Shown: positions 19,285-27,677 of the stretch, piece after piece | How the letters are laid out: each line of letters begins with the position of its first letter | How positions within the stretch are numbered: the stretch's first letter is position 1 | Assembly: GCA_963833095.1 (NCBI GenBank) | Contig: CAWHWQ010000005.1 | Coordinates: 320,001-384,000, forward strand | Length of the DNA stretch: 64,000 bases | Reading direction: 5' to 3' | Origin: Vulcanimicrobiota bacterium | GTDB taxonomy: Bacteria > Vulcanimicrobiota > Vulcanimicrobiia > Vulcanimicrobiales > Vulcanimicrobiaceae | The notes under the pieces: model-generated | The model's input: only the letters and a program-made list of their open reading frames with translations | What the model was told of the DNA's origin: nothing | Databases searched by the model: none | Made by a program: the position numbers and the translations under genes

Positions 19285-20001
19285 TCAGTGAGAAGTACTT
19301 TCCGAAGAACTTCTCTTGGCCGGGGCGGTACGAGAGGTCTTCGCCGTTTTCGCTCGCGCTCGCGTAATTCCACTGCGGCGACGTTCGAGCAGCCGGCGCA
19401 ATTGCGGCAGCAGGCGCTCGAGGAAGTCGTACTCGGCGCGCAGGCGCGCCTTCGTGTCGAGAATTCGAGCAAACGCTGCTTGACGCGCTCGGCGACCTGA
19501 AGCGTGTCGCCGATCAGGTACGACGTGCCTGCGCGGATCGTCGGGCAGAGCGACCGTGCTCTCCTGACCCGAGAACTCGACGAGCATCGCGATGTACTCT
19601 TCGAAACGCTCGCGCACGCGTCGGTAGCAACTCGTCGACTTCGTCGATCGGCTGTCTGTTCCGGTTCCTCGATCACGTCGACGTCGGCAATCAAGTACGG
19701 TTCGCGGCTGATGACTTCGCGTGATGCGAAAACGCGTGCGCCCGACGGTCGAGACAAAAAAGCGCCCAAAAGGAAGCGGCTGCACGTCGAGGATCTCGGC
19801 GATCGAACCGACCTCATGCGGCAGTACGTTAGGATCGCCCGCCTCAGCCCCTTCGGCGATCAGCGCGACGCCGAAACCTTCTCCGGATTCCAGGCACTCG
19901 TTGATCATTTGCTTGTAGCGCGGCTCGAAAATATGAAGGTTGAGCACGGCGCCCGGAAACAGCACCGAGTTCAGTGGGAAGAGCCGCAAACGCCGAGCCA
20001 T
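19285..20001 (-). CDS. LON peptidase substrate-binding (N-terminal) domain protein; several apparent frameshifts
   Basis: LRLFPLNSVLFPGAVLNLHIFEPRYKQMI; coding segments alternate between frames downstream (KQRLLE). Confidence 0.8.
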   Translation of the reverse strand: MARRLRLFPLNSVLFPGAVLNLHIFEPRYKQMINECLESGEGFGVALIAEGAEAGDPNVLPHEVGSIAEILDVQPLPFGRFFVSTVGRTRFRITRSHQPRTVLDCRRRRDRGTGTDSRSTKSTSCYRRVRERFEEYIAMLVEFSGQESTVALPDDPRRHVVPDRRHASGRRARQAAFARILDTKARLRAEYDFLERLLPQLRRLLERRRSGITRARAKTAKTSRTAPAKRSSSESTSH

Positions 20002-20061
20002 AGAGGGGACCTTGATTCGGGCAGGTTGGCGGAGGTTCCCCGCTAACTGGAGAGCCGTACG

Positions 20062-20643
20062 ATGGACGACTTTAAGCGTTATCTCGACGCCCTGCATCCT
20101 GAGCAACACCCGTTGCTGCTCGAGCTGGAGCAGCATGGCCGCAAAGACGGCGTTCACGATCGTCTCGCGCGAGGCCGGACGCCTTCTCTCGGTCGTCGTC
20201 CACATGATGCAGGCTAATCGCATTTTAGAAATCGGCACCGGCTACGGCTATTCCACGCTCTGGATGGCGCTGGCGCAGCCGCCGATGGGCAAGATTTGGA
20301 CGATCGATCCCGATAGCGAACGAACGACATCGCCAACTCCTACTTCCGCCGCGCAGGTGAAGACGACTACATTACGATCTTCAACCAGGATGCGCTCGAG
20401 CTGCTCGAAAATTTTCAGCAGCGCAACCTCGATATCGTCTTCATCGACGCCGATCGTCACCTATATCGCGCGTATCTCGATTTGGTTATCCCAATGCTCA
20501 AGCTTTCCGGCATCGTCGTCGTCGACGATTGTCTCATCGGCGAGCTCGACGAGTTCAACGAATATTTCCTGTCGCATCCGGATCTCGACGCGACCATTCT
20601 TCCGCTTGGTAACGGAACCGGTATCGGAGCGCGTATCAAGTGA
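20062..20643 (+). CDS. O-methyltransferase (caffeoyl-CoA/YrrM-like); apparent frameshifts near 20155 and 20325
   Basis: MDDFKRYLDALHP..., ILEIGTGYGYSTLW, DIVFIDAD, GIVVVDD, ILPLGNG. Confidence 0.85.
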
Positions 20644-21174
20644 ACGCCCGCGCGGCCGATCCGGCCGCGTTCAGAACGGCGATGCGACGCCATCCATCGG
20701 GCGTCACCGTCGTGACATCGCTAAGGGAGGGCGAGCCGCGCGGCATTACGCTGAGCGCGTTTGCGAGCGTCTCGACAGACCCGCCGATGCTTCTGATCTG
20801 CGTGAACCGCAAGGCCCGCTCGTATTTGTATATCTGCGAGCTCGCGGATCTTCTGCGTCAACCTCCTTGCCGTGGAGCAGCGTGAACTCGCCGAGCGCTT
20901 CTCCGGCCGCATCAAGGAACATCAGTTCGACGACATTGCGTGGTCGACCGATGTAACCGGGGCGCCGGTGCTTGCCGGAACAATCGGACATTTCGATTGC
21001 GTGGTGGAGGCCGAACACCACGCCGGGTCGCACTCGATCCTCATCGGCAAGGTGCTCGCGTGCTCGGCGCGCGAGGGCGCACCGCTAGGTTACTACGAAG
21101 GCGCCTTCCGCGACTTCCATCTGCGAGCAAACGATGATCGTCGAGACCTTCCCCGTTGGCTTGCTGGCCTGTAA
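20640..21174 (+). CDS. Flavin reductase family protein; apparent frameshift near 20835, 3' end uncertain
   Basis: FRTAMRRHPSGVTVVT, SVSTDPPMLL, GAPVL, AGSHSILIG, PLGYY. Confidence 0.85.
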
Positions 21175-21769
21175 CGCGACGATCGTCGGCGACGAGGAGA
21201 CGCGCGACGCGATCGTCATCGACGGCGGCGACGGCGTCGATGACGTTCTCACACGGCTCAAGCAGCTCGGATTACGTGCGCGTTACCTTGTGCACACCCA
21301 CGCTCACTTCGATCATATTGCGGATGTCGGGCGTCTGCGCGAAGCCACGCGCGCTCTGGCATTACTCCACCACGATGACCTGCCGATCTATCACGACCAG
21401 CCGCGACTACTCAAACTGTTTGGGTTGCCGTCGATGCCACCCGTCGTGGCACTCGACGGCGACTTGGAAGACGGCTATCGAATGTCCATCGGTAAGGTCA
21501 CCTGCGACGTCTTGCATACGCCAGGACACACGCCGGGCAGCGTCTGCTTTGCCATCGAAGGCGGCGGTGCTACGCGACTCCTCACCGGTGACACGCTCTT
21601 TGCCGGCGCAATCGGACGTTGGGATTTGGGCGGCACGTCGATGGAAGACATCGTCGCGTCGATTCACCGCAAGCTGATGGACTATCCCGATGCGACGCCG
21701 GTCGTTCCGGGCCACGGCTCGTTCACGACGATCGGGCACGAACGCGCAAACAATCCGTACCTTCAGTAA
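21134..21769 (+). CDS. MBL-fold metallo-hydrolase (glyoxalase II/YcbL-like)
   Basis: THAHFDH, HTPGHTPG, TGDTLF, PGHG. Confidence 0.92.
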   Translation: MIVETFPVGLLACNATIVGDEETRDAIVIDGGDGVDDVLTRLKQLGLRARYLVHTHAHFDHIADVGRLREATRALALLHHDDLPIYHDQPRLLKLFGLPSMPPVVALDGDLEDGYRMSIGKVTCDVLHTPGHTPGSVCFAIEGGGATRLLTGDTLFAGAIGRWDLGGTSMEDIVASIHRKLMDYPDATPVVPGHGSFTTIGHERANNPYLQ

Positions 21770-22320
21770 GGCGCCTTGTTAACTCTCCATTTCTCGCAAA
21801 CAGTAGTGAAACGAATCCAATACAGCTTATCTTCAAGACGCTCGTGGGCGATGTACTTTCGGCCGAACCGGTAAAGCGTGAAGAAGCTTTGCTCAAGCTC
21901 GTGCCGCAGCATCTTGTCATCATAGACGCCTTTCAGCACCCCTGTAGCGATGTACTCACAATCGTCTAACTCGCCATCTAGTGCTTCATAAACGTCTCTG
22001 TCGCGTGGGACAGTGACATACTCACCGGGCGGTTCCAACACGGTTGTCTCGGGGTCATAAGAGTTGATTATGTCCCAGCGCCGGATGCTCTCGGTACTCA
22101 AGCCATACCGTTCTAAGAGCTTGAGCGTATGCTCAATCTCGTTGCTCCTCATCGTGTTGAGATTCGTAACCATCCATCCCGCCGCTACAAGCAATGAGCC
22201 GATGATCGGCGCCGCGTGCCAAATGTTACCAGGGTATCCCTCATATATGAGCCACCCCGATGCGACCAAACCGATCAACAGGATGAGCCCGCAAGCGAGC
22301 CGGAACGATAATCTTGACAT
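21763..22320 (-). CDS. DUF4760-like membrane-anchored protein
   Basis: Two N-terminal TMs; LDDCEYIATGVLKGVYDDKM...YWIRFTTVCEKW resembles the DUF4760 pattern (by eye); more A/T-ending codons than its neighbours. Confidence 0.65.
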   Translation of the reverse strand: MSRLSFRLACGLILLIGLVASGWLIYEGYPGNIWHAAPIIGSLLVAAGWMVTNLNTMRSNEIEHTLKLLERYGLSTESIRRWDIINSYDPETTVLEPPGEYVTVPRDRDVYEALDGELDDCEYIATGVLKGVYDDKMLRHELEQSFFTLYRFGRKYIAHERLEDKLYWIRFTTVCEKWRVNKAPY

Positions 22321-22325
22321 TGGAC

Positions 22326-22356
22326 AAAAGAAAAACCCCGCTACTTAGGCGGGGTT
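22326..22356 (-). terminator. Intrinsic terminator between the micropeptide ORF and the DUF4760-like gene
   Basis: Minus strand AACCCCGC-CTAAGTA-GCGGGGTT-TTTCTTTT. Confidence 0.8.
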
Positions 22357-22402
22357 AGTGTGCGGCTTTCCGTTTCTTGCCCTTGGCCTTGAGGTCTATC
22401 AT
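22355..22402 (-). CDS. Putative 15-aa lysine-rich micropeptide MIDLKAKGKKRKAAH
   Basis: Perfect SD AAGGAGGT 8 nt before ATG; TAA runs into the terminator stem; extended -10 TGaTAAGCT at 22435-22427. Confidence 0.7.
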   Translation of the reverse strand: MIDLKAKGKKRKAAH

Positions 22403-22489
22403 AGATTTTCACCTCCTTACCGGATCAGCTTATCACCTTTTCCTGAGACTCGGTACCTATCACGCCACAGCCTCGCAGCGGCAAGGCCT

Positions 22490-22972
22490 TTAGCGCAATG
22501 AAATGGTGAGTTTGCCGTCGGCAACCGCTTGCGGTGGCGAAGCTGCCGGACGCGAGGCTCGCGGCGCAGCTTCCATCGCACCGAAATCCGGCACGGCACC
22601 ACTTGCGACCTTGGCGCGGTAGTCGTCGATCGCGACCTTCAGCGCCTCGAGCGCTCGCTCGGGATAGTCTTTCTTCTTTTCAGGATAGCCCGAGAGTTCG
22701 GCTTCGACCTGCGCTGTCGTAATCGCGCCGGCTTCCTCGATCGTCTTGCCCTTGGCGAGTTCGACGACCAAGCTGCACGTAGCGGTCCCGAAGCCGCAAC
22801 CCGTGGTGAAATAGGAAATGTCCTCGATTACCGCGCCCGGCCCGACCTTCAAAAAAAAGTTGTACATGTCGCCACACGAGTCGCTGAAATATTCACCGCT
22901 CGCCGTCGGCGCATCCATCGTTTGGAATCCCGGGCGGGCTTCCACGAGCTGTTGAAACTTGGCAAAATCCAC
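22490..22972 (-). CDS. Divergent IscU/NifU-like Fe-S scaffold protein
   Basis: SCGD and TGCGFGTATCS motifs, KGKTIEEA. Confidence 0.8.
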   Translation of the reverse strand: MDFAKFQQLVEARPGFQTMDAPTASGEYFSDSCGDMYNFFLKVGPGAVIEDISYFTTGCGFGTATCSLVVELAKGKTIEEAGAITTAQVEAELSGYPEKKKDYPERALEALKVAIDDYRAKVASGAVPDFGAMEAAPRASRPAASPPQAVADGKLTISLR

Positions 22973-22975
22973 GAG

Positions 22976-23608
22976 TTAACTTACTCCCTTGAGTTGGAAC
23001 GTGCAGGCTTTCCCACCGGTCGCGAGCGACTCGATCTGCTCGTGTTCACCACCGATCGTCTCTTCGAGAACGTGATGGATCACCGAGCAGACTTCGGGAT
23101 GTTCTTTCACCACACCTGAGTAGGGACAGGTGTGCTCTTGTAACAAGAACCCCCCGTCGACCAAACTGTATTCGGCTACGACGCCCCGATCGCGCAAAAC
23201 TTGCGTGAGCTGAGCAACTTTGCCCTCGGGATCTTTCGCGGTGACCCTGTTCTTTACGCGCTCGACCGTCCGGCGCGCGATGCGATCGAAGATTTGCGCG
23301 ACCGCCGGCGGTCCGTACCGCTCCTTGACGTCGCGAAGCACCGCGGCGAGCATCTTGTCGTACTGCTGCGGGAAGAGGGTATCCGCTTGGGGCGTGAGCG
23401 AGAATTCGAGCGTCGGTTTGGTCGGTCCGCGCCGCACGGCGTGTTCCTCGACCAGACCATCGCGTTCGAGGACGACCAACTGCTGGCGCACCGCGTTGGG
23501 TGAGAGCCCGAAGAGCGCGGCAAGCTCGGCGGCAGAGGCAGTGCCTCGCTCGCGCAGCTCGGCAACGATCTTGCCGCGGGTAGTCTGGAAAAAGCGGTCG
23601 ACCTGCAT
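22976..23608 (-). CDS. SufR-like winged-HTH transcriptional regulator
   Basis: ELAALFGLSPNAVRQQL HTH; C-terminal HTCPY...VC...C cysteines; divergent from the suf genes. Confidence 0.8.
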   Translation of the reverse strand: MQVDRFFQTTRGKIVAELRERGTASAAELAALFGLSPNAVRQQLVVLERDGLVEEHAVRRGPTKPTLEFSLTPQADTLFPQQYDKMLAAVLRDVKERYGPPAVAQIFDRIARRTVERVKNRVTAKDPEGKVAQLTQVLRDRGVVAEYSLVDGGFLLQEHTCPYSGVVKEHPEVCSVIHHVLEETIGGEHEQIESLATGGKACTFQLKGVS

Positions 23609-23621
23609 GGCGTTCGACGGT

Positions 23622-23689
23622 ATCCTACCATGGCGTGGGACAGATAGTAAAGTAAATCCTTGACTTTCTGCGGGCGCCTACCATAAGCT
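23622..23689. promoter_or_regulatory. Divergent promoters with a central imperfect palindrome (candidate SufR operator)
   Basis: AAAGTAAA-TCC-TTGACTTT (23649-23667); plus strand TTGACT-18-TAAGCT; minus strand TTTACT-18-TAGGAT. Confidence 0.55.
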
Positions 23690-23777
23690 GGATTCCGTCG
23701 GCTTTTCGCCGATCGCGCATTGTGCGCTCGGAATCTTTGGCCGCCTCGTGCGGCAATATCTAATCTTGGAGGAAACA

Positions 23778-24548
23778 GTGGCCGATCAAGGGCTCCGCAT
23801 CGCCGGTCTACGCGCGAGCGTCGAGGGGAACGAGATCCTCAAAGGTATCGACCTGGTGGTCGAGCGCGGGAAAGTCCATGCCCTGATGGGCCCTAACGGC
23901 AGCGGCAAGTCAACGCTCGCCTTCTCGCTAGCCGGTCACCCGCACTACGACGTCACTGCGGGGACCGCGACCCTTGACGGCGAGGATCTGCTCGGACTCG
24001 CCCCCGATAAGCGCGCACGCGCCGGACTCTTTCTCTCGTTCCAATATCCCGCCGCGATTCCGGGGGTGAAAGTTCCAAACTTTCTCTACGCCGCGCGTCA
24101 AGCGGTGCGGCCGGGCGAACTCACCCCGGCGAAATTCCGCGCGCTGCTGCTCGAGAAAATGGACGTGCTTGGCATGGACCCCTCGTTTCTCGGACGCTAT
24201 CTCAATGACGGTTTCTCCGGCGGTGAAAAGAAGCGGCTCGAGATGCTGCAGATGGCTGTACTCGCGCCCAAGTATGCGATCCTCGACGAGACTGATTCCG
24301 GACTCGACGTCGACGCGCTGCAGGACGTCGGCGACACGATACAAGCCTTACGCGCGAGCGACGAGGGCAACGCCACCGGCTTTTTGATCATTACGCATTA
24401 TCCGCGCATTCTGCAACACATCACGCCCGACGTGGTGCACGTCATGATCGACGGTCGCATCGTCAAGACCGGCGGCCCGGATCTCGCGCAGCGTATCGAA
24501 CGCGAAGGATACGACGCACTGCGCGAAGAGAGCGGCGCACTTGCCTAG
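23778..24548 (+). CDS. sufC: Fe-S cluster assembly ATPase SufC
   Basis: GPNGSGKST, FLSFQYP, GFSGGEKKR, ILDETDSGLDVDA; GGAGG SD. Confidence 0.95.
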   Translation: MADQGLRIAGLRASVEGNEILKGIDLVVERGKVHALMGPNGSGKSTLAFSLAGHPHYDVTAGTATLDGEDLLGLAPDKRARAGLFLSFQYPAAIPGVKVPNFLYAARQAVRPGELTPAKFRALLLEKMDVLGMDPSFLGRYLNDGFSGGEKKRLEMLQMAVLAPKYAILDETDSGLDVDALQDVGDTIQALRASDEGNATGFLIITHYPRILQHITPDVVHVMIDGRIVKTGGPDLAQRIEREGYDALREESGALA

Positions 24549-25674
24549 TCTTCTCACGCCGCAGGAGCGCGACGTGGCGCTCGACGCCTTCGCGACGACG
24601 CGCACCGGCCGCGAAAAACCCAGCCAATATTGGAAGGTCGATCTCGAACGCCTCGTGCCGAACGCAGCGGCAGACGGCGCGGCCGGTGAGGTCGCGATCG
24701 AGAGCGCGTCGCAGCGCGCGATTGCGTGCGACCTGCAAACGGCGGCGCGCGACCACGCAGCGCTGCTCGCGCGCGCGTTTCGTCAGGCGATCGAACCGCA
24801 GCACAAGTTTGCGCACCTGGCGCTCGCCAACGCGCGCCTCGGCGCGTTCATCTATGTCCCGGCGGACTGCGCAATCGATGAGCCGATCGTCGTGCGCTAC
24901 CGCGCGGCTGACGGCGAGACGATCTTTCCGTATACCGTCGTCCTGGCTGAACGCGGCGCGCGCGTAACGATCATTGAGCGTCTCGACCTCGGCTCCGGCA
25001 CGTTTGCCTGCGGCGTCGCCGAAGTCGTTACCGAAGATGGCTCCGACGTGACCTATGCATCCGCGCAATTTGCTCCACAGGATGCGCGCGTACTCTTCAC
25101 GCGCGTCGCGCGCCCCGGCCGCGATGCACGCGTCGCGTGGGCCTGCGCTGAGCTCGGTGCGGCGCTCTCGGTTAGCGAACTCGCGATTACGATCGCGCAG
25201 CCAGGCGTCGATGCGAAAATCGCGACACTCTTCTTCCCCACCGGCTCGCAACACGTGGACGTCCTAAGCAGTGTCGATCACCGCACCGGCGACGCAACTT
25301 CCGAAACGTTGGTCAAAAGTGCCGCGTCCGGTCGCGGACAAGGGCGCTACCTCGGCAACATCCGGATCGCCGCGCACGCCCAGCGCAGCGATGCGTCGCT
25401 GCGCGATGACGCGCTGCTCCTCTCGAAAACGGCGCACATCGATTCGGTTCCCGCGCTGGAAATCGCCGCTAACGACGTGAAAGCCTATCACGGCGCAACC
25501 GTCGGCGCGCTCGACGACGAGAGCATCTTTTATATGACGACTCGAGGCATCGAACGCGCGGCGGCGGAGCGCATGATCGCGCTCGGGTTCTTTGAACCCG
25601 CGATCGACCGCTTCCCGACCGAGGCGCTGCGTGAAGAACTGCGCGTTGCCCTCCAGGCCAAGGTGATTTCATGA
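24541..25674 (+). CDS. sufD: Fe-S cluster assembly protein SufD
   Basis: PALEIAANDVKAYHGATVG, FYMTTRGI; lacks the long SufB N-terminus. Confidence 0.85.
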   Translation: MPSLLTPQERDVALDAFATTRTGREKPSQYWKVDLERLVPNAAADGAAGEVAIESASQRAIACDLQTAARDHAALLARAFRQAIEPQHKFAHLALANARLGAFIYVPADCAIDEPIVVRYRAADGETIFPYTVVLAERGARVTIIERLDLGSGTFACGVAEVVTEDGSDVTYASAQFAPQDARVLFTRVARPGRDARVAWACAELGAALSVSELAITIAQPGVDAKIATLFFPTGSQHVDVLSSVDHRTGDATSETLVKSAASGRGQGRYLGNIRIAAHAQRSDASLRDDALLLSKTAHIDSVPALEIAANDVKAYHGATVGALDDESIFYMTTRGIERAAAERMIALGFFEPAIDRFPTEALREELRVALQAKVIS

Positions 25675-26909
25675 TCGCGATTCGCACGCCCGAGGCGATT
25701 GCCGCGGATTTTCCGATTCTCCACAAGTTGACCTCGCGCGGCAAGCGGCTGGTGTATCTTGATTCGGCCGCGACCTCGCAGAAACCACAAGCCGTTATCG
25801 ATACGCTGGTTACGTACTACAGTGAGTACAACGCCAACATTCACCGCGGCGTGTATGAGATCGCCGAGCGCGCGACCGAGGCCTTCGAAACGGCGCGCAG
25901 TACGGTAGCTCACTTTATCAACGCCGATCATCGCGAGGTGATCTGGACGCGTAACGCCACCGAGGCGATCAACCTAGTCGGGTATAGCTGGGGCTTGCAA
26001 AACGTGAAACCCGGTGATGTGATTCTTACCTCGCAGCTCGAACATCACTCCAACCTCGTGCCTTGGCAACTGCTGGCCGAGAAAACCGGCGCGACGCTGC
26101 GCTTCATCACTGCCGACGATCGCGGCATTTTACAGCTCGACAATCTGGACCAGCTGCTCGACGGAGCAAAGTTGCTCGCGATCTCGCAGGTGAGTAACAC
26201 GCTTGGAACGATCACGCCGCTCGAGCGCATCGTGCCGGCGGCGCGCGCAGCCGGCGCGACGATCCTGGTCGACGGCGCGCAAGGCATTCCGCATCTTGCG
26301 GTCGACGTGAAAGCGCTCGATGTCGACTTCTACGCGTTCAGCGGTCACAAAATGCTCGGTCCGACCGGCATCGGCGTGCTCTACGGCAAGCGCGAGCTGC
26401 TCGAAGCGATGCCGCCGTTCCTTGCCGGTGGCGATATGATCCGCAAGGTCGAGTACGATCACACGACCTTCAACGATCTCCCGTGGAAGTTCGAGGCCGG
26501 CACGAGCAACATCGCCGACGCCATCGCGCTTGCCACCGCGGTTGACTATCTCTCGGATCTCGGGATGGATTGGGTACGCGCGCACGAACGCGAGCTGCTC
26601 GGCTACGCGCTCGAACGTCTTGCACCACTTCAATCGCGGGGTCTCGCGCTCTATGGGCCCAAGGATCCGGCACTCGCCTCGGGCGTGCTCTCCTTCAACT
26701 TCGCCGACGTTCATGCGCACGACCTGGCCTCGATCCTCGACACCGAAGGCATCTGCGTTCGCGCCGGGCATCATTGTACGATGCCACTGATGGAAAAGAT
26801 GGGTTGGCCGGCAACCGCGCGCGCATCATTCTACATTTACAATTCGAACGCCGACATCGATGCACTTGCTGAGGGCATCGAGAAGGCAGCACGCGTCTTC
26901 AAGATCTAA
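25671..26909 (+). CDS. sufS: Cysteine desulfurase SufS
   Basis: YLDSAATSQKP, EHHSN, SGHKMLGP, RAGHHC. Confidence 0.95.
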   Translation: MIAIRTPEAIAADFPILHKLTSRGKRLVYLDSAATSQKPQAVIDTLVTYYSEYNANIHRGVYEIAERATEAFETARSTVAHFINADHREVIWTRNATEAINLVGYSWGLQNVKPGDVILTSQLEHHSNLVPWQLLAEKTGATLRFITADDRGILQLDNLDQLLDGAKLLAISQVSNTLGTITPLERIVPAARAAGATILVDGAQGIPHLAVDVKALDVDFYAFSGHKMLGPTGIGVLYGKRELLEAMPPFLAGGDMIRKVEYDHTTFNDLPWKFEAGTSNIADAIALATAVDYLSDLGMDWVRAHERELLGYALERLAPLQSRGLALYGPKDPALASGVLSFNFADVHAHDLASILDTEGICVRAGHHCTMPLMEKMGWPATARASFYIYNSNADIDALAEGIEKAARVFKI

Positions 26910-26927
26910 GACCTTGGTGTTTCACTA

Positions 26928-27317
26928 ATGGACGATTTTTACCGCGACTTCATCCTTGACCATTACCGCAATCCGCGCAACTTCGGGCACCTCGATCAGC
27001 CCGCCGCATCTGCGGAAGATCTCAATCCGCTTTGCGGCGATACGATCCGGATGGAGTTCGACGTCGACGACGGCATCGTACGCGACGTGCGCTTTTCGGG
27101 CCGCGGCTGTGCGATCAGCCAGGCCTCCGCATCGATGCTCACCGAGACCATCAAGGGGATGCGACTCGAAGAGGTCGCGAAGCTCTCAAAGGACGTCGTT
27201 CTCGAAAACGTCGGCATCGGCATCAGTCCGACACGGATGAAGTGCGCCACGCTTGGCCTTCGCGTGGCCAAGAGTGCCGCGATCGGCGAAATCGCCGGCT
27301 GGCCGGACGAAGAGTAG
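26928..27317 (+). CDS. sufU: SufU sulfur-transfer/scaffold protein
   Basis: ILDHYRNPRN, NPLCGD, GCAISQAS, RMKCA. Confidence 0.9.
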   Translation: MDDFYRDFILDHYRNPRNFGHLDQPAASAEDLNPLCGDTIRMEFDVDDGIVRDVRFSGRGCAISQASASMLTETIKGMRLEEVAKLSKDVVLENVGIGISPTRMKCATLGLRVAKSAAIGEIAGWPDEE

Positions 27318-27347
27318 CCCCGCGACCGGGCAGCGAATGCCCCGCCG

Positions 27348-27677
27348 ATGCAGCACCACCATTTGACGGCGAGCGAATGGGATACGCTTGCGAAGGACCC
27401 GGAGTACCTTGCATTGCTGCGCGCGCGGCGACGGTTCGTCGTCCCCTCGACGGTCTTCTTTCTGCTCTTCTACCTCGCGCTGCCCGTCGGCATCGCGGTT
27501 GCGCCCGCGTTCATGAACCAGCCCGTGCTCGAGTCCTTGACGATCGCCAACCTCTACGGCTTTGCCCAGTTCATCATGGCGTGGGTCTTGCTCGCAGCGT
27601 ATATGCACGCCGCCCGTTCGTTCGATGACCGCGCGCAAACGCTGGTCGACCGGTTGACGGCTGAGCTCGCGAAATGA
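27348..27677 (+). CDS. DUF485 (YjcH-like) membrane protein
   Basis: Two TMs, RRRF and FD motifs; typical partner upstream of actP. Confidence 0.85.
   Translation: MQHHHLTASEWDTLAKDPEYLALLRARRRFVVPSTVFFLLFYLALPVGIAVAPAFMNQPVLESLTIANLYGFAQFIMAWVLLAAYMHAARSFDDRAQTLVDRLTAELAK

Noticed and set aside
19274..19500. Long C-terminal extension of FolD
   Set aside because: Overlaps the opposite-strand LON-N gene inside the indel-rich zone; a TAA at 19271-19273 is one frameshift away.
21768..22491. Target-site duplication around the DUF4760 cassette (AAGGCGCCTT vs AAGGCCTT)
   Set aside because: Short, imperfect and could arise by chance; no integrase or transposase.
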